From: Parcubacteria group bacterium GW2011_GWC1_45_14 | Lineage (GTDB): Bacteria; Patescibacteriota; Minisyncoccia; Moranbacterales; GWC2-37-73 | Reading direction: 5' to 3' | DNA length: 64,000 nt | Assembly: GCA_001001345.1 (NCBI GenBank) | Contig: LCKI01000003.1 | Location: 4,614 to 68,613 of the forward strand | Shown here: positions 25,147 through 34,900 of the stretch, piece after piece | Numbering within the stretch: the stretch's first letter is position 1 | How the letters are laid out: the number at the start of each line of letters is the position of its first letter | Translations under genes and position numbers: made by a program | Notes under the pieces: model-generated | What the model saw: only the letters and a program-made list of their open reading frames with translations | Told to the model about the DNA's origin: nothing | Databases searched by the model: none

Positions 25147-26754
25147 TTACTTTAAACTTAATTTCTCTTTTGCTAATTCAACCCTGTCATTGCATATTTT
25201 TACATAGTCAATCTTTTTATCTTTAAATAAGTGCACGTCGGTATTTTTTTCAATTCCAACAAAATCCCTGCCTTCAACAACAGCGGAAACCAAAAAACTT
25301 CCGCTTCCGCATGTATTGTCCAGAATAATTTCGCCAGGATTGCTAAATGTTCTTATTAGATACTGACCAAGTTCTACTGGTTTTTGAGTAGGATGATATA
25401 CTTTTCCTTCGCTTTCTGCGGTTTTGAAATAAACAACATCAATTGGGTATCTCTCTCCATCGCTCTTGACCTCAACAGGTTTAAAATCACCATAACTTCC
25501 AGTAAGTTGATTTTTCCTAACACCCTTATTATATGCCTCTCCTTTTCTCATTTGTGGATTATAAGTTGGCTGTGTTTTATAAAAAACACAGATATCCTCA
25601 TGCTTTCTTAATGGCTGTTTTTTTGCATTCAAAAAATTTGTTGGTTTTGATTTTTCCCAAATTATTTTATATTTAAATAATTTCTCATTACTTAAAATTA
25701 GTTTTGCTGTAAATAATCCTTGAGCTGTTAATACTATTGCGCCGTTGTCTTTTATTATCCTCTCGTATTGCTCCCATAATTTATCCAAAGGAATAACACT
25801 ATCCCATTTATTTTGCGTAGTTCCATAAGGAAGATCACACAAAATCATATCGATAGATTTGTCTGGGATTTTTTTCATCACATCCAAACAATCTCCCGAA
25901 TGAACTTTATTTACAAAATCTTTTATTTCTTTCCTCAAAACTGGTTTTTTTATATTACTCATCGGAAAGTTATTTGCCTCAAAAGCCTGCTCCTCGAGAC
26001 TTGTCTCATAGGCCGTCTTTTCAGTTTCAAGTAATTCAAACAGAGCTGCCTGCGCTCCCTCAGCAACATAATCAAGGCTTTTATTTTTACCCTTTAGATC
26101 TTCAGAAAAACTATAACTTCCCTCACTAGAAGTAATTATAAAATCAATCACATTTATACCGAGAAGTGATCCTGCCTCTGCAATTTTTTTTATGACTTCA
26201 ATATCTTTCTCACTTGGCAAAGGATCCCCGGAAGGATGATTATGAACCAAAACTATACTTGCTGCCCTGAGTTCAAGTGCTGGTGCAAATATTTCTCTTG
26301 GATGAATAAGACTTTTGTCAAGCAAGCCTATGGTTATTGTTTCTTTTTTTATCAACACATTTCTAGCATTCAAATAGAGACACACGAGATATTCTTTCTT
26401 TTTATCTCTCAAACCATAAGTGAGGGAAAGGACACTATTTGAATTTTTAATAACAATTTCATTCCCCCTTCCTTCTTCATAATATCTTTTAACTAGCGCT
26501 ATCGCAGATGAAATTTGCAAGGCTTTTGCTTTTCCAATTCCCTTAATTTGGAGCAAATCGTCAACGGACGAGCTTAAAAATTTTACACCAAATTTTCTTA
26601 TAATTTGTTCCGACAATTCTTTCACATTCTTTCCCATGATTCCACTACCAAGAAGTATGGCAAGTAGTTCACTTTTCGTAAGTGCATCTGAGCCCTTTTT
26701 TAGAAATTTTTCCCTAGGACGATCAACTCTTGATATATCTTTTATTTTTGCCAT
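25147..26754 (-). CDS. RadC-like JAB/JAMM domain fused to a beta-class (N4/N6) DNA methyltransferase
   Basis: RadC 'VLVHNHPSGDPLPSEKDIEV' at residues about 170-190. MTase motif IV 'ILCDLPYGT' precedes motif I 'ILDNTCGSGSFLVSA', which is the beta-class order. Confidence 0.75.
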   Translation of the reverse strand: MAKIKDISRVDRPREKFLKKGSDALTKSELLAILLGSGIMGKNVKELSEQIIRKFGVKFLSSSVDDLLQIKGIGKAKALQISSAIALVKRYYEEGRGNEIVIKNSNSVLSLTYGLRDKKKEYLVCLYLNARNVLIKKETITIGLLDKSLIHPREIFAPALELRAASIVLVHNHPSGDPLPSEKDIEVIKKIAEAGSLLGINVIDFIITSSEGSYSFSEDLKGKNKSLDYVAEGAQAALFELLETEKTAYETSLEEQAFEANNFPMSNIKKPVLRKEIKDFVNKVHSGDCLDVMKKIPDKSIDMILCDLPYGTTQNKWDSVIPLDKLWEQYERIIKDNGAIVLTAQGLFTAKLILSNEKLFKYKIIWEKSKPTNFLNAKKQPLRKHEDICVFYKTQPTYNPQMRKGEAYNKGVRKNQLTGSYGDFKPVEVKSDGERYPIDVVYFKTAESEGKVYHPTQKPVELGQYLIRTFSNPGEIILDNTCGSGSFLVSAVVEGRDFVGIEKNTDVHLFKDKKIDYVKICNDRVELAKEKLSLK

Positions 26755-26839
26755 TTTGTTTCAAAAATAAGCGCCTTGTTACGTATACTGGGGGATGTGA
26801 GGCAGGTGGCGGTTTACCGCTTATATGACCATTCTACTC

Positions 26840-27040
26840 CCCTTTCCCCCCATGGTCCAGCTTTTTAGGGGGTGCGAAATTCCCAATCAAAGCAGGGGTT
26901 CACATTATCAATTATAAATTATCAGTTATAAAATCCCCTTATTTAAGCCGAAATACTGTTATCAGTTACAGGTTATCGGTTATCAAAAATGCCCTGATTT
27001 AAGCAAAAATCAACGGCTCAGGTGGGGTGGGCCGTTGAAA
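26840..27040. repeat. Interspersed intergenic repeat, copy A: C-rich/agcttttt box, GTTATC modules and a caacggctcagg..ccgttga hairpin
   Basis: Related copies at 28412..28630, 35705..35825, 37575..37720, 40871..40900 (partial) and 39262..39288 (hairpin only). The hairpin alone also occurs at 17070..17098. Confidence 0.75.
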
Positions 27041-27084
27041 AAAAGGGCTTAGGAAGGCTTCAAAACCTCCTGGGCGTCGTTTTT

Positions 27085-28410
27085 TCAGGCTTCGCACCTT
27101 TCCAAAAATTCCTTCTGGGCGGAGCGTTTTTTCAAGATGCCCATCTTGGCGACTTCGGCGGAGCTTTTTTGGGAAAGTTTTTGCAAAGCCTTGTCGAACT
27201 CGTGCACCTGCGGATTCACTTCCAAGGCGATATAGTTGATGCCCAAAAGCTTGATTCCCCCGAGGGTCCTGACGCGGGAAAGGGCGACATAGCCCATGCC
27301 GAACTCGAACGATTTGCTAAGGTCCATCTCCACCGCGTCCAGCGTCATGCCTTGGCTTTTGTGGACCGTGATCGCCCAAGCGAGGCGGAGCGGAACCTGG
27401 CTTATGGAAACCAAGGTTTTCTCGTTTTCCTCTATCGACCATTTCTCGGGAGTCGCGACGATCGTTTTTCCTGAAACCGTTTCGACGATCGGCATCCCGC
27501 TTCCGTTGAATCCCGCGACTTTGCCCAGTGTGCCGTTGACATAGCCCTGCTCGAAATTGTTCTTCACGAACATCACCACCGCGCCTTTTTTGAGAAAAAG
27601 GATTTCCGGAGCCAGACAACCTTTCTTGACGGAGCTGACCAAAAACTCGTTGCCGTTCGAGGTCATTTCGAAAACCCGCGCTTCCTCTTTGATCTTTTGC
27701 AATTCCGTTTTATTGATGGCGTCCACGTTGACGTTGTGGGTATAGAGCCTAGTCGGCGTGATTTTGCTGGCTATGGATTTGTTTTCCCGCGAAAGGATCG
27801 TAGCCATGGTTTTCGCGTCGCACGACCGGCTCCGGATGTCGGAAAGTATTTTGAGCATTTCCTTGTCTTCCTGGCGGTGCTGTTCTTCCAGATAGCAGAT
27901 TTTCGGATCCATTTCCTTCCAGGAGTCGGATTCGATTACGAACTGCGCCTGCTGGCCGTATTTCGCGACCGGAGGAAGCTGGAAAAAGTCCCCGCAAAGG
28001 ACCACTTGCAATCCGCCGAACGGCTTGAAGGGGTTTTTGAATTTCTTGCAGATGGCGTTGACGATGTCCAACTGGTAGGCGTGAAGCATAGAGATTTCGT
28101 CTATGATCAGCACGCTGGCGGCCGCGAAGCGGTTTTTGTGGTAATGCCTTTTTTTGAGTTTGGCGTATTCGGCCTCGTCGAAAACTTCGCTGATGCCCAT
28201 GCCTGACCAGCTGTGGATCGTCTGCCCGTTCATGTGGGTCGCGGCGATCCCGGTGGAAGCGGTGACCGCGACTCCGATGTTATTCTTTTTGAGATATTCG
28301 ATATATTGCTTGAGCACGTGGGTCTTTCCGCTCCCGGCCGGACCGGTCAAAAAAACGCTGTGCCCAAGTTTGAGGATATCCAACGCGGTTTTTTGTTTCA
28401 TACTAGCCAT
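27085..28410 (-). CDS. Pif1/RecD-family (AAA_30) DNA helicase
   Basis: Walker A 'GPAGSGKT', 'LIIDEISM', 'GDFFQLPPV', 'HKSQGMTLD' and 'YVALSRV'. Confidence 0.8.
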   Translation of the reverse strand: MASMKQKTALDILKLGHSVFLTGPAGSGKTHVLKQYIEYLKKNNIGVAVTASTGIAATHMNGQTIHSWSGMGISEVFDEAEYAKLKKRHYHKNRFAAASVLIIDEISMLHAYQLDIVNAICKKFKNPFKPFGGLQVVLCGDFFQLPPVAKYGQQAQFVIESDSWKEMDPKICYLEEQHRQEDKEMLKILSDIRSRSCDAKTMATILSRENKSIASKITPTRLYTHNVNVDAINKTELQKIKEEARVFEMTSNGNEFLVSSVKKGCLAPEILFLKKGAVVMFVKNNFEQGYVNGTLGKVAGFNGSGMPIVETVSGKTIVATPEKWSIEENEKTLVSISQVPLRLAWAITVHKSQGMTLDAVEMDLSKSFEFGMGYVALSRVRTLGGIKLLGINYIALEVNPQVHEFDKALQKLSQKSSAEVAKMGILKKRSAQKEFLERCEA

Positions 28411-28411
28411 G

Positions 28412-28630
28412 CTACCCCCTTTTAAACAGCTAGTCTAGCTTTTTAGGCTTTAGCTTTTTAGGGGGGTACGAAATCCCCAATCTAGGAAGGGATGCTGTTA
28501 TCTGTTATGAGTTATCGGTTATCAAAATGCCCTGATTTAAGACGGAATGCCGTTATCGGTTACAGGTTATCTGTTATCGAAATGCCTTAATTTAAGCCGA
28601 AAACAACGGCTTAGGTGGCCGAAGCCTTTT
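28412..28630. repeat. Interspersed intergenic repeat, copy B, with a tandemly duplicated GTTATC module
   Basis: Shares ccccttttaaacagctagtctagctttttag..gggggtacgaaatcccc, gttatcggttatcaaaatgccctgatttaag twice, and a variant hairpin with copy A. Confidence 0.75.
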
Positions 28631-28701
28631 AATCCTCCATTTTAAGCCAAAAAGAAAACCGGAATTAATCCCGGTTTTTCTGCTTGAAATCAATAAAAGG
28701 C

Positions 28702-28893
28702 TTATTTGCAAGAATTTGTCTGCAAGCTACCGAATTTGCGATCATATTCCTTTACGAGCTTGAGCTGATCCTTGTTGGCTCGCTTAGTAGCCTCCACGAC
28801 AAGCTTCTTTTGCTCCCTCGAAGATAAATCAAAAAAACTAAGCTCCTTGCCTGCCTTATTGCGTGTAATTTTTTGAATTATTTTTTTCAACAT
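28702..28893 (-). CDS. Small hypothetical protein overlapping the 3' end of the zeta-like gene by 7 nt
   Basis: 63-aa ORF. Its position suggests a possible cognate partner of the zeta-like kinase. Confidence 0.3.
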   Translation of the reverse strand: MLKKIIQKITRNKAGKELSFFDLSSREQKKLVVEATKRANKDQLKLVKEYDRKFGSLQTNSCK

Positions 28894-29603
28894 AATATTT
28901 TGCTTAGTGATTTCTTATTATATGGCATATCCAAGTAATTGTCAATATTGTCTATGTTAAATTTTATTTTTTCAGTCTCATTTGAATAATTTTTTATTAC
29001 CAGATTAATTTCAACATCTTTTCCAAATTCCTTTTTAATAGCGTTTACATTTTCCTTTGCCTTGAAAAATGCATCCACAAAAGCGTCTTTTGGAATATAT
29101 CTGCCCTCGAGCTCCTCTCGCTTTCTCGTAAACTCCCACGCCCTGAGCGGATCCTGATATAAATAAAATACGCTTATGACCCTGCCTTTCCTTAAGGATC
29201 TTTTGATATTTTCACGTGCGATCTCGTATTTTGCAAATGTTCCATCCATTAAGGCGTTTTGTCTATATTTTAAGACATGGTCGTATATCTTTTCGACTCC
29301 AAGCGAAGAAGCGCCTTGGATAATATCTGAATTTTTTCCATTATATTGCGGGATAATTTTTTTGATTTCATCCGCATCTATTCTTACAATTTCAGTAGCA
29401 TTTTTATATTTTGAAAATAGGATTATAAGTTCTTTTGAAAATTCGGTTTTACCCGCACCAGGAGAACCCGCCATGAAAATAGTAAACGGTTTCTCCACTG
29501 ATGGAAAATTATCAAGACTGCAAAATTTATCCAATAAAGTACGTTTTTCTTTTTGGATAAAAATTCTAGCTTCCTGTGATATTTTCAGCTCATCTCCATT
29601 CAT
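28887..29603 (-). CDS. Zeta-toxin-family P-loop kinase
   Basis: 'FTIFMAGSPGAGKTEFSKEL' is a Walker A. The 238-aa size fits zeta/PezT-like proteins. Confidence 0.65.
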   Translation of the reverse strand: MNGDELKISQEARIFIQKEKRTLLDKFCSLDNFPSVEKPFTIFMAGSPGAGKTEFSKELIILFSKYKNATEIVRIDADEIKKIIPQYNGKNSDIIQGASSLGVEKIYDHVLKYRQNALMDGTFAKYEIARENIKRSLRKGRVISVFYLYQDPLRAWEFTRKREELEGRYIPKDAFVDAFFKAKENVNAIKKEFGKDVEINLVIKNYSNETEKIKFNIDNIDNYLDMPYNKKSLSKILC

Positions 29604-29872
29604 TTATCAATTTTATCAATTTTATTATAGAAAAGCAAAAACATCCTCACAAAAAAGTCTGTTTTTAAGAAAATTACCTTCCTGTTTCTCAGTCACTCAC
29701 CTGACAAGAGTAAGAAATGATGCTAATCCGCGAATTCACCCTATTAAATCCCCGACGTGTCAGGGTGCTTGCCCTGTTGAATTTCAATGATTCAACAGGG
29801 TAAACAATTCAACAGGGTAAATGCCAATCCGCGAATTGCGAATATTATCAAAAGATTGAATATGGCTCAATT

Positions 29873-30337
29873 CTACTCCCCCTTCCCTTTAATCTCAATC
29901 CTATCCAATCCATGCTCATAAAGTTCGTCTCCGTACTTATCGATAAACTCATAACGTTTATAAAATCGCTCGTCCTTACCCATCTTCTTTATTTTATCCT
30001 CACCGTATTTCCGCAAAAAATCCCTCTCGCCCAAGCGATCGGCCAACTCTTCCCAGAAAACATCCTCGTCATATTCTTCTTTGAAATGATCGACAAGTTC
30101 TTCGAACTCAGCCGTCGGGAAATATTTCATATCTCCGACAGGTTCATCATCGACGTATTTTTCCAATCCCGCTTCCTGCGCATATGAAAAAATATAGCTT
30201 TCCAAAAAATTAAACTCCTTGAATTTGTCATCCGTCCGGATTGCATTCACCATCCAATTGCCCAAATATACCAATTTGAGCAAATTTCCATATTGCTTCT
30301 TGGTTAGCTGCACATTGATTTTATTGTTTTCAGTCAT
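29873..30337 (-). CDS. Hypothetical acidic protein
   Basis: 154-aa ORF with no recognised motif. Confidence 0.35.
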   Translation of the reverse strand: MTENNKINVQLTKKQYGNLLKLVYLGNWMVNAIRTDDKFKEFNFLESYIFSYAQEAGLEKYVDDEPVGDMKYFPTAEFEELVDHFKEEYDEDVFWEELADRLGERDFLRKYGEDKIKKMGKDERFYKRYEFIDKYGDELYEHGLDRIEIKGKGE

Positions 30338-30391
30338 ATTTTTTTGAAATCCATATCCCAGCCATATATGATTGTATGGAATTATATAAGA

Positions 30392-31282
30392 TTATTTTTC
30401 ATACTTGAATCCGGCTCCTATTTTCCAAACCCCTTTTTCCCTAAACGCCGGGATGTTTTGGCGGCGGGCGGCGTTGAAGATAGCCGGCGCCGATTTCTCG
30501 TGACCCTTGGCGTATTCCGAAAGGGTAATTATTTTTTCGCCTTTGAGATAGGCAATCCTTTTGTGCAGAGATTCCATAAGCGCTAACGCCAGGATTTTTT
30601 CCATCGTCTTGGTGTTCTTTTTGTCACGGTAATCTCCGAATGCCTTGTAGTATTCGGCTTTTTCCTTATCCCTAATTATGATCGGCACGAGCCCGAGTCT
30701 CATCAATTGGTAGCAGATGATCACGCGCCCGATGCGCCCGTTGCCGTCGCAAAACGGGTGGACGGTCTCGAAGTCAAGATGGAATTTCGCGATTTTTTCC
30801 AAAAAGTACGCATCCAGTTCTTTTGAATATTCCTGCAGAGTCGAGTCTATCATAAGCTCGACATGCTCGGGCGCAGGCGCTATATGCGTGCCGACCCTGA
30901 CGTATTCATATTGCTTGCGGAATCTTCCGGCGATGCCGTCATTTATGCCCCCGATCAACATCTGGTGCATCAGTAAAATAAGCTCTTTGTCGATTTCTTT
31001 TTCTTGCGACTTCGTTCGGATATATTCCATGACACGTGCAAGATTCTTCGCTTCAAATATTTCGCGGACATTCAAATCGCGCGAGACCTCCATCTCCAGC
31101 AGGATTTTCTCCGTTTCCTTGAGCGTAAGGGTTGAATTTTCAATGGCATTCGAGTTATAAACGCTTTCCGGCACCTCCGCCTCATCAATCATAACCAAAA
31201 GCGCCTCCTTGCCCTTTCTGAGGGAGTCGAATTCATTTTTAAGCTCTTGTATGCGCTTTTTAATCGGATTTGTTATGGCCAT
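30392..31282 (-). CDS. Fic-family protein, with an AMPylator-type motif
   Basis: Canonical 'HPFCDGNGRIGR'. Confidence 0.85.
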   Translation of the reverse strand: MAITNPIKKRIQELKNEFDSLRKGKEALLVMIDEAEVPESVYNSNAIENSTLTLKETEKILLEMEVSRDLNVREIFEAKNLARVMEYIRTKSQEKEIDKELILLMHQMLIGGINDGIAGRFRKQYEYVRVGTHIAPAPEHVELMIDSTLQEYSKELDAYFLEKIAKFHLDFETVHPFCDGNGRIGRVIICYQLMRLGLVPIIIRDKEKAEYYKAFGDYRDKKNTKTMEKILALALMESLHKRIAYLKGEKIITLSEYAKGHEKSAPAIFNAARRQNIPAFREKGVWKIGAGFKYEK

Positions 31283-31469
31283 ATTTTTTAGTGAATATTA
31301 CAATAACATCATATCATATTCACGTTTTTTTGTCAATATTTAGTGAATATTATCAATATATTGCATAAATTCACTACTTTTTATAGACCATTTCTGCCCT
31401 TAAGGCTTAAATGGGCCTCTTTTATGGAGATGGCATTAGTCAATTTTGTGAAGGTTTTTTATTTTCATT

Positions 31470-31922
31470 TTACTTTTTGCGAAGTTTGAGGGATTTGACG
31501 GTGATGATGGCAAGGCTTGTGATGAGAAAGGTTACGGGGAGAGCAAAAATAAACATCTCCTTGAGACTTGGGAAAAGCAAATCTCCGCTAGGAGAAGCTG
31601 TAAAAATCAAAATAATTGAAATCGGAACATAAATAACCGCAAATTTTTTCCATGCATAAAAAACTTGTTCGCGCAAAAACAGCAACAGGAAAGAAATAAT
31701 AAAAATAGGAACAGAAAAAACAAAAAGTGGCACAAAAATAGGGTTGTAACGATCTATATATTTGTGCAAACACCCTATATCATCCTTTTCACAAAGACCT
31801 AAAATTTCTGGCGAACCGAGTGCGAGGCTTAGCAAGATTATAAACACAGAAAAAGCAATAGTCGAATAGATTTTCTTTTTGTAGCTCATTTTTTTATTTT
31901 TAAAAATTATAAACTTAATCAA
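31470..31922 (-). CDS. Integral membrane protein
   Basis: 150 aa with several TM helices. It overlaps the downstream giant gene by 8 nt. Confidence 0.4.
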   Translation of the reverse strand: MIKFIIFKNKKMSYKKKIYSTIAFSVFIILLSLALGSPEILGLCEKDDIGCLHKYIDRYNPIFVPLFVFSVPIFIISFLLLFLREQVFYAWKKFAVIYVPISIILIFTASPSGDLLFPSLKEMFIFALPVTFLITSLAIITVKSLKLRKK

Positions 31923-34900
31923 TTAATTGGATTCGCTCTATAATCACTATCAGCTTTTCCGCTTCCTCTTTCGGAATACGGAATTTTTCCGGAGCATTTT
32001 CCCTGCTGAACGTTTCTATTTGCTGTTTCACATTGGCAAGCATGGCATTGGTCGCTATGTTATGGCCTTTTTCCAGCTGCTTCCTGGCATTGCCTATCTT
32101 GTCGATGAGCCTGTCTTTGACCGTTTGATGGATGTCCAGAAAGCCGATCATCTTTTCGAGGATTTCCAATGATGTTTCCTTGCTTGCCTCCTCTCCAGGA
32201 CGGATAATGAAATCTTTCTCCCCGTCTCCGTTAATGTCTATTTCCATCTCTCCGACGGAATCGGAAATCGCTATTTCGGCGATCATCCCTTCCATAACCG
32301 GGATGTTTTCAAAAGTCGTGTTTTTCGTTTCGCCTGTTCCGAAAACCTCGTCGATCTCAAAGGTGAATGTCCCCAGATCCTCTCCCTTGAGTATAACATC
32401 TTGAGCGATTCTCCCCTCCGCTCCGGCGTATTTCGTTTCGCCGAATTCCATATAATACGAGTTCGGCACTTCTTGTTCATATCGCCGGATGTCCGAATCC
32501 TGGTCATTGTTTTCGATGATGCCGATATGGTTTCCATTTTCATCTATTATGTCGATCTTAACCGGTGAATGCAGACGGTATCTTAAACGTTTATACTCTT
32601 TTTCTACTTTTGGCTTTTCTGTTGAAATATAAGTTACTTGTTCTTTTTTATTTTGAATAATATTTTTTATAAAGTCTTGCAATGGTGTAGCTTCCAGTAT
32701 ATCAGCATGGTTCCTACTTATTCTAAACTTAAGATCCAAAGGGTTATTGTAAAGTTTGAGATTCAAATAATACCTCTCCTCCCCCTCCATCGCCGCCGCG
32801 CTAGGGACGACCACCGTTTCGTCCCCGTCCTCGGTCAGGATCAACTTGCGGTCGAGGTTGCTGAGATTGTCCGGGCAAAAGAGAATGTCGCAATCGTCAT
32901 AACTTATTCCGCGCACCGTATCCAAGCCCCAGCCGGCGATTTGGATCACTTCCATATGCTCCGGCGCTCGCCAAGAATCAAGATTATTATGGGTCTCAAT
33001 GGAGCGGGAAAGGAAGGTGTTTTTCAGGACATTGGGCGAATCGGTGTCGTCCTCCTCCGGCTCCGTGCGCTCTCCGTTGTCCCCAAGCAAAAAGCTTTTG
33101 AACGAACCGAAACCGCTTATGCTCTCGCCGTAGATGGAACGGAAATCATAAATATCCCTGACATCATAATCAAATTCGATGACCGGACTTTGCACGATTT
33201 CGAAATATTTTTTCGACGGCAGAAGGTTGTAGGCGCTGGCCATGTTCTCTCCCAAGCCACGCGCAGTCTCCTTATCCAGAAGCAATCCCTTGAGAAGATT
33301 GATACCGTCCCCATGAAGAAGCCCCGCCATAGCTTTGGGCGTCCCGATTTGGGGCGTGCCGACCATGATCAGCCTGTCCACAAGACCAGCCTCTCCGGAT
33401 TTTTCCAAACGGTCGATGACCACTTTCGCCAGCAAGCCCCCGTTGCTGTGCCCGACAAGTGAAACCTTTCCGCTCTTGGAAGACTTCGCCATTTCGCGGA
33501 TCTGCTCAAGGACATTGGCCGTGCTCCCGTCCTCAAGCCTCGTCCCTTCGTCGACGATCTCTTCCAATGGCATGCGCCAATCATATGGGAAAGCGCGCCA
33601 TTCCTTGATCGCCCCGCTCTCGACGAATTCGTCCATCGACAGCATGAATTTTTTGTACACGTTGTCGGCGAAACCGAACGCTTCGTCTATCGCGTCGCGG
33701 GTATAGATGCCGGGATCGACGCTCTCTCCGCTTTCCGGATCCATAAATAGCTGCCGGACATCCTGGTTGCGGTTAGGCTCCCAGAGCTGATCTTCAGTTC
33801 CTATTACGCCTTCACGGTATAGCCGGCTGGCCTGATGGCCGGGCAGGAAAAGGACGCTGGAATGGCAATTTTCCTGACAAGCCGATCCGACAGCGTCTTC
33901 GTGCTTAAATTCTTGTGCCCAAGGATAATAATCGATTATCTTGCCGGAACCGTACGGATTATCGCAAATCTTGTCATTATTCGAATCTACACACTTAGCT
34001 TCGTTCTTTTTCCAATAATTGCCACCGATCGGCAAATCGAGATTGAAAGAAATACCGTTAGAAAAATTGGCCTGAAATATCGAAATGCTAGTCCCCATGA
34101 AATTATTATTGTAAAACAGGTTGTTGTTACTGCTGGACAAATAAGCTCTTTCGAGAGTGTTTTTCCTGATAATATTATTGTCGGACCCCGAAAAATCGAT
34201 AGTGATATTTTTATCCGGAGAAGTTATGTTTTCCAACAAAGAACCCTTCGTATTCAAAAAACGTATCTGGGCGTTATTTTCCGATAATGTCAGGTTTCTA
34301 AATGTCACATCGGCACAATTCACGCAATAAATTATTCCCGCATCCGCCAACCCGTCATACGTCACGCCTTCAATGTTTTTTATAAAATAAATCGATTTTT
34401 CCTCGACTTTATTACTTGTATCTATATCGTTGGTGTCTATATTCCCTCCTCCCTGCATTAAAAAATTGTAAGGCTTGTTGCCGGACATGGCATTACCATG
34501 AAGCTTTTCATAATAACCCTCGACTATCCGCATACCGTCCGAAAGATTTCCATCAATCTTGTTGTTATCCAAAATATCGCCCCTACCACCGTAAATGTAA
34601 ATGCCCGCTTCCCCATTTCCCGAAATATCATTATTTTCATAGGTGTTGCCGGTAGTACTGCCGTTATAGTTTTGCCATGCTTGTGAGACTCCATACTTAT
34701 TACCGCCACTTATGGTATTGTTGGAGAGAATATTTCTCATGGCATAATTAAGTTTTATTCCACTATCGATGCTTTGGATTATCGCACTATCAGTGACGAT
34801 ATTATTTCCGGAATACTGAAAGTAAACGCCGTTCCGGTTATTTTTCAGATTAACAAAGGAAACTTCGTTGTAACTTGAGGATGAAGAAAAATAGATTCCA

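Noticed and set aside
26960-27000. GTTATC/TTATC clusters as DnaA boxes marking oriC
   Set aside because: Only the TTATC core is present, without the CCACA half. The clusters recur at at least five loci, and no dnaA or dnaN gene is nearby.
28702-28893. The 63-aa ORF downstream of the zeta-like gene as an epsilon antitoxin
   Set aside because: Epsilon antitoxins precede zeta and are about 90 aa. There is no sequence resemblance. It is kept only as a low-confidence candidate partner.
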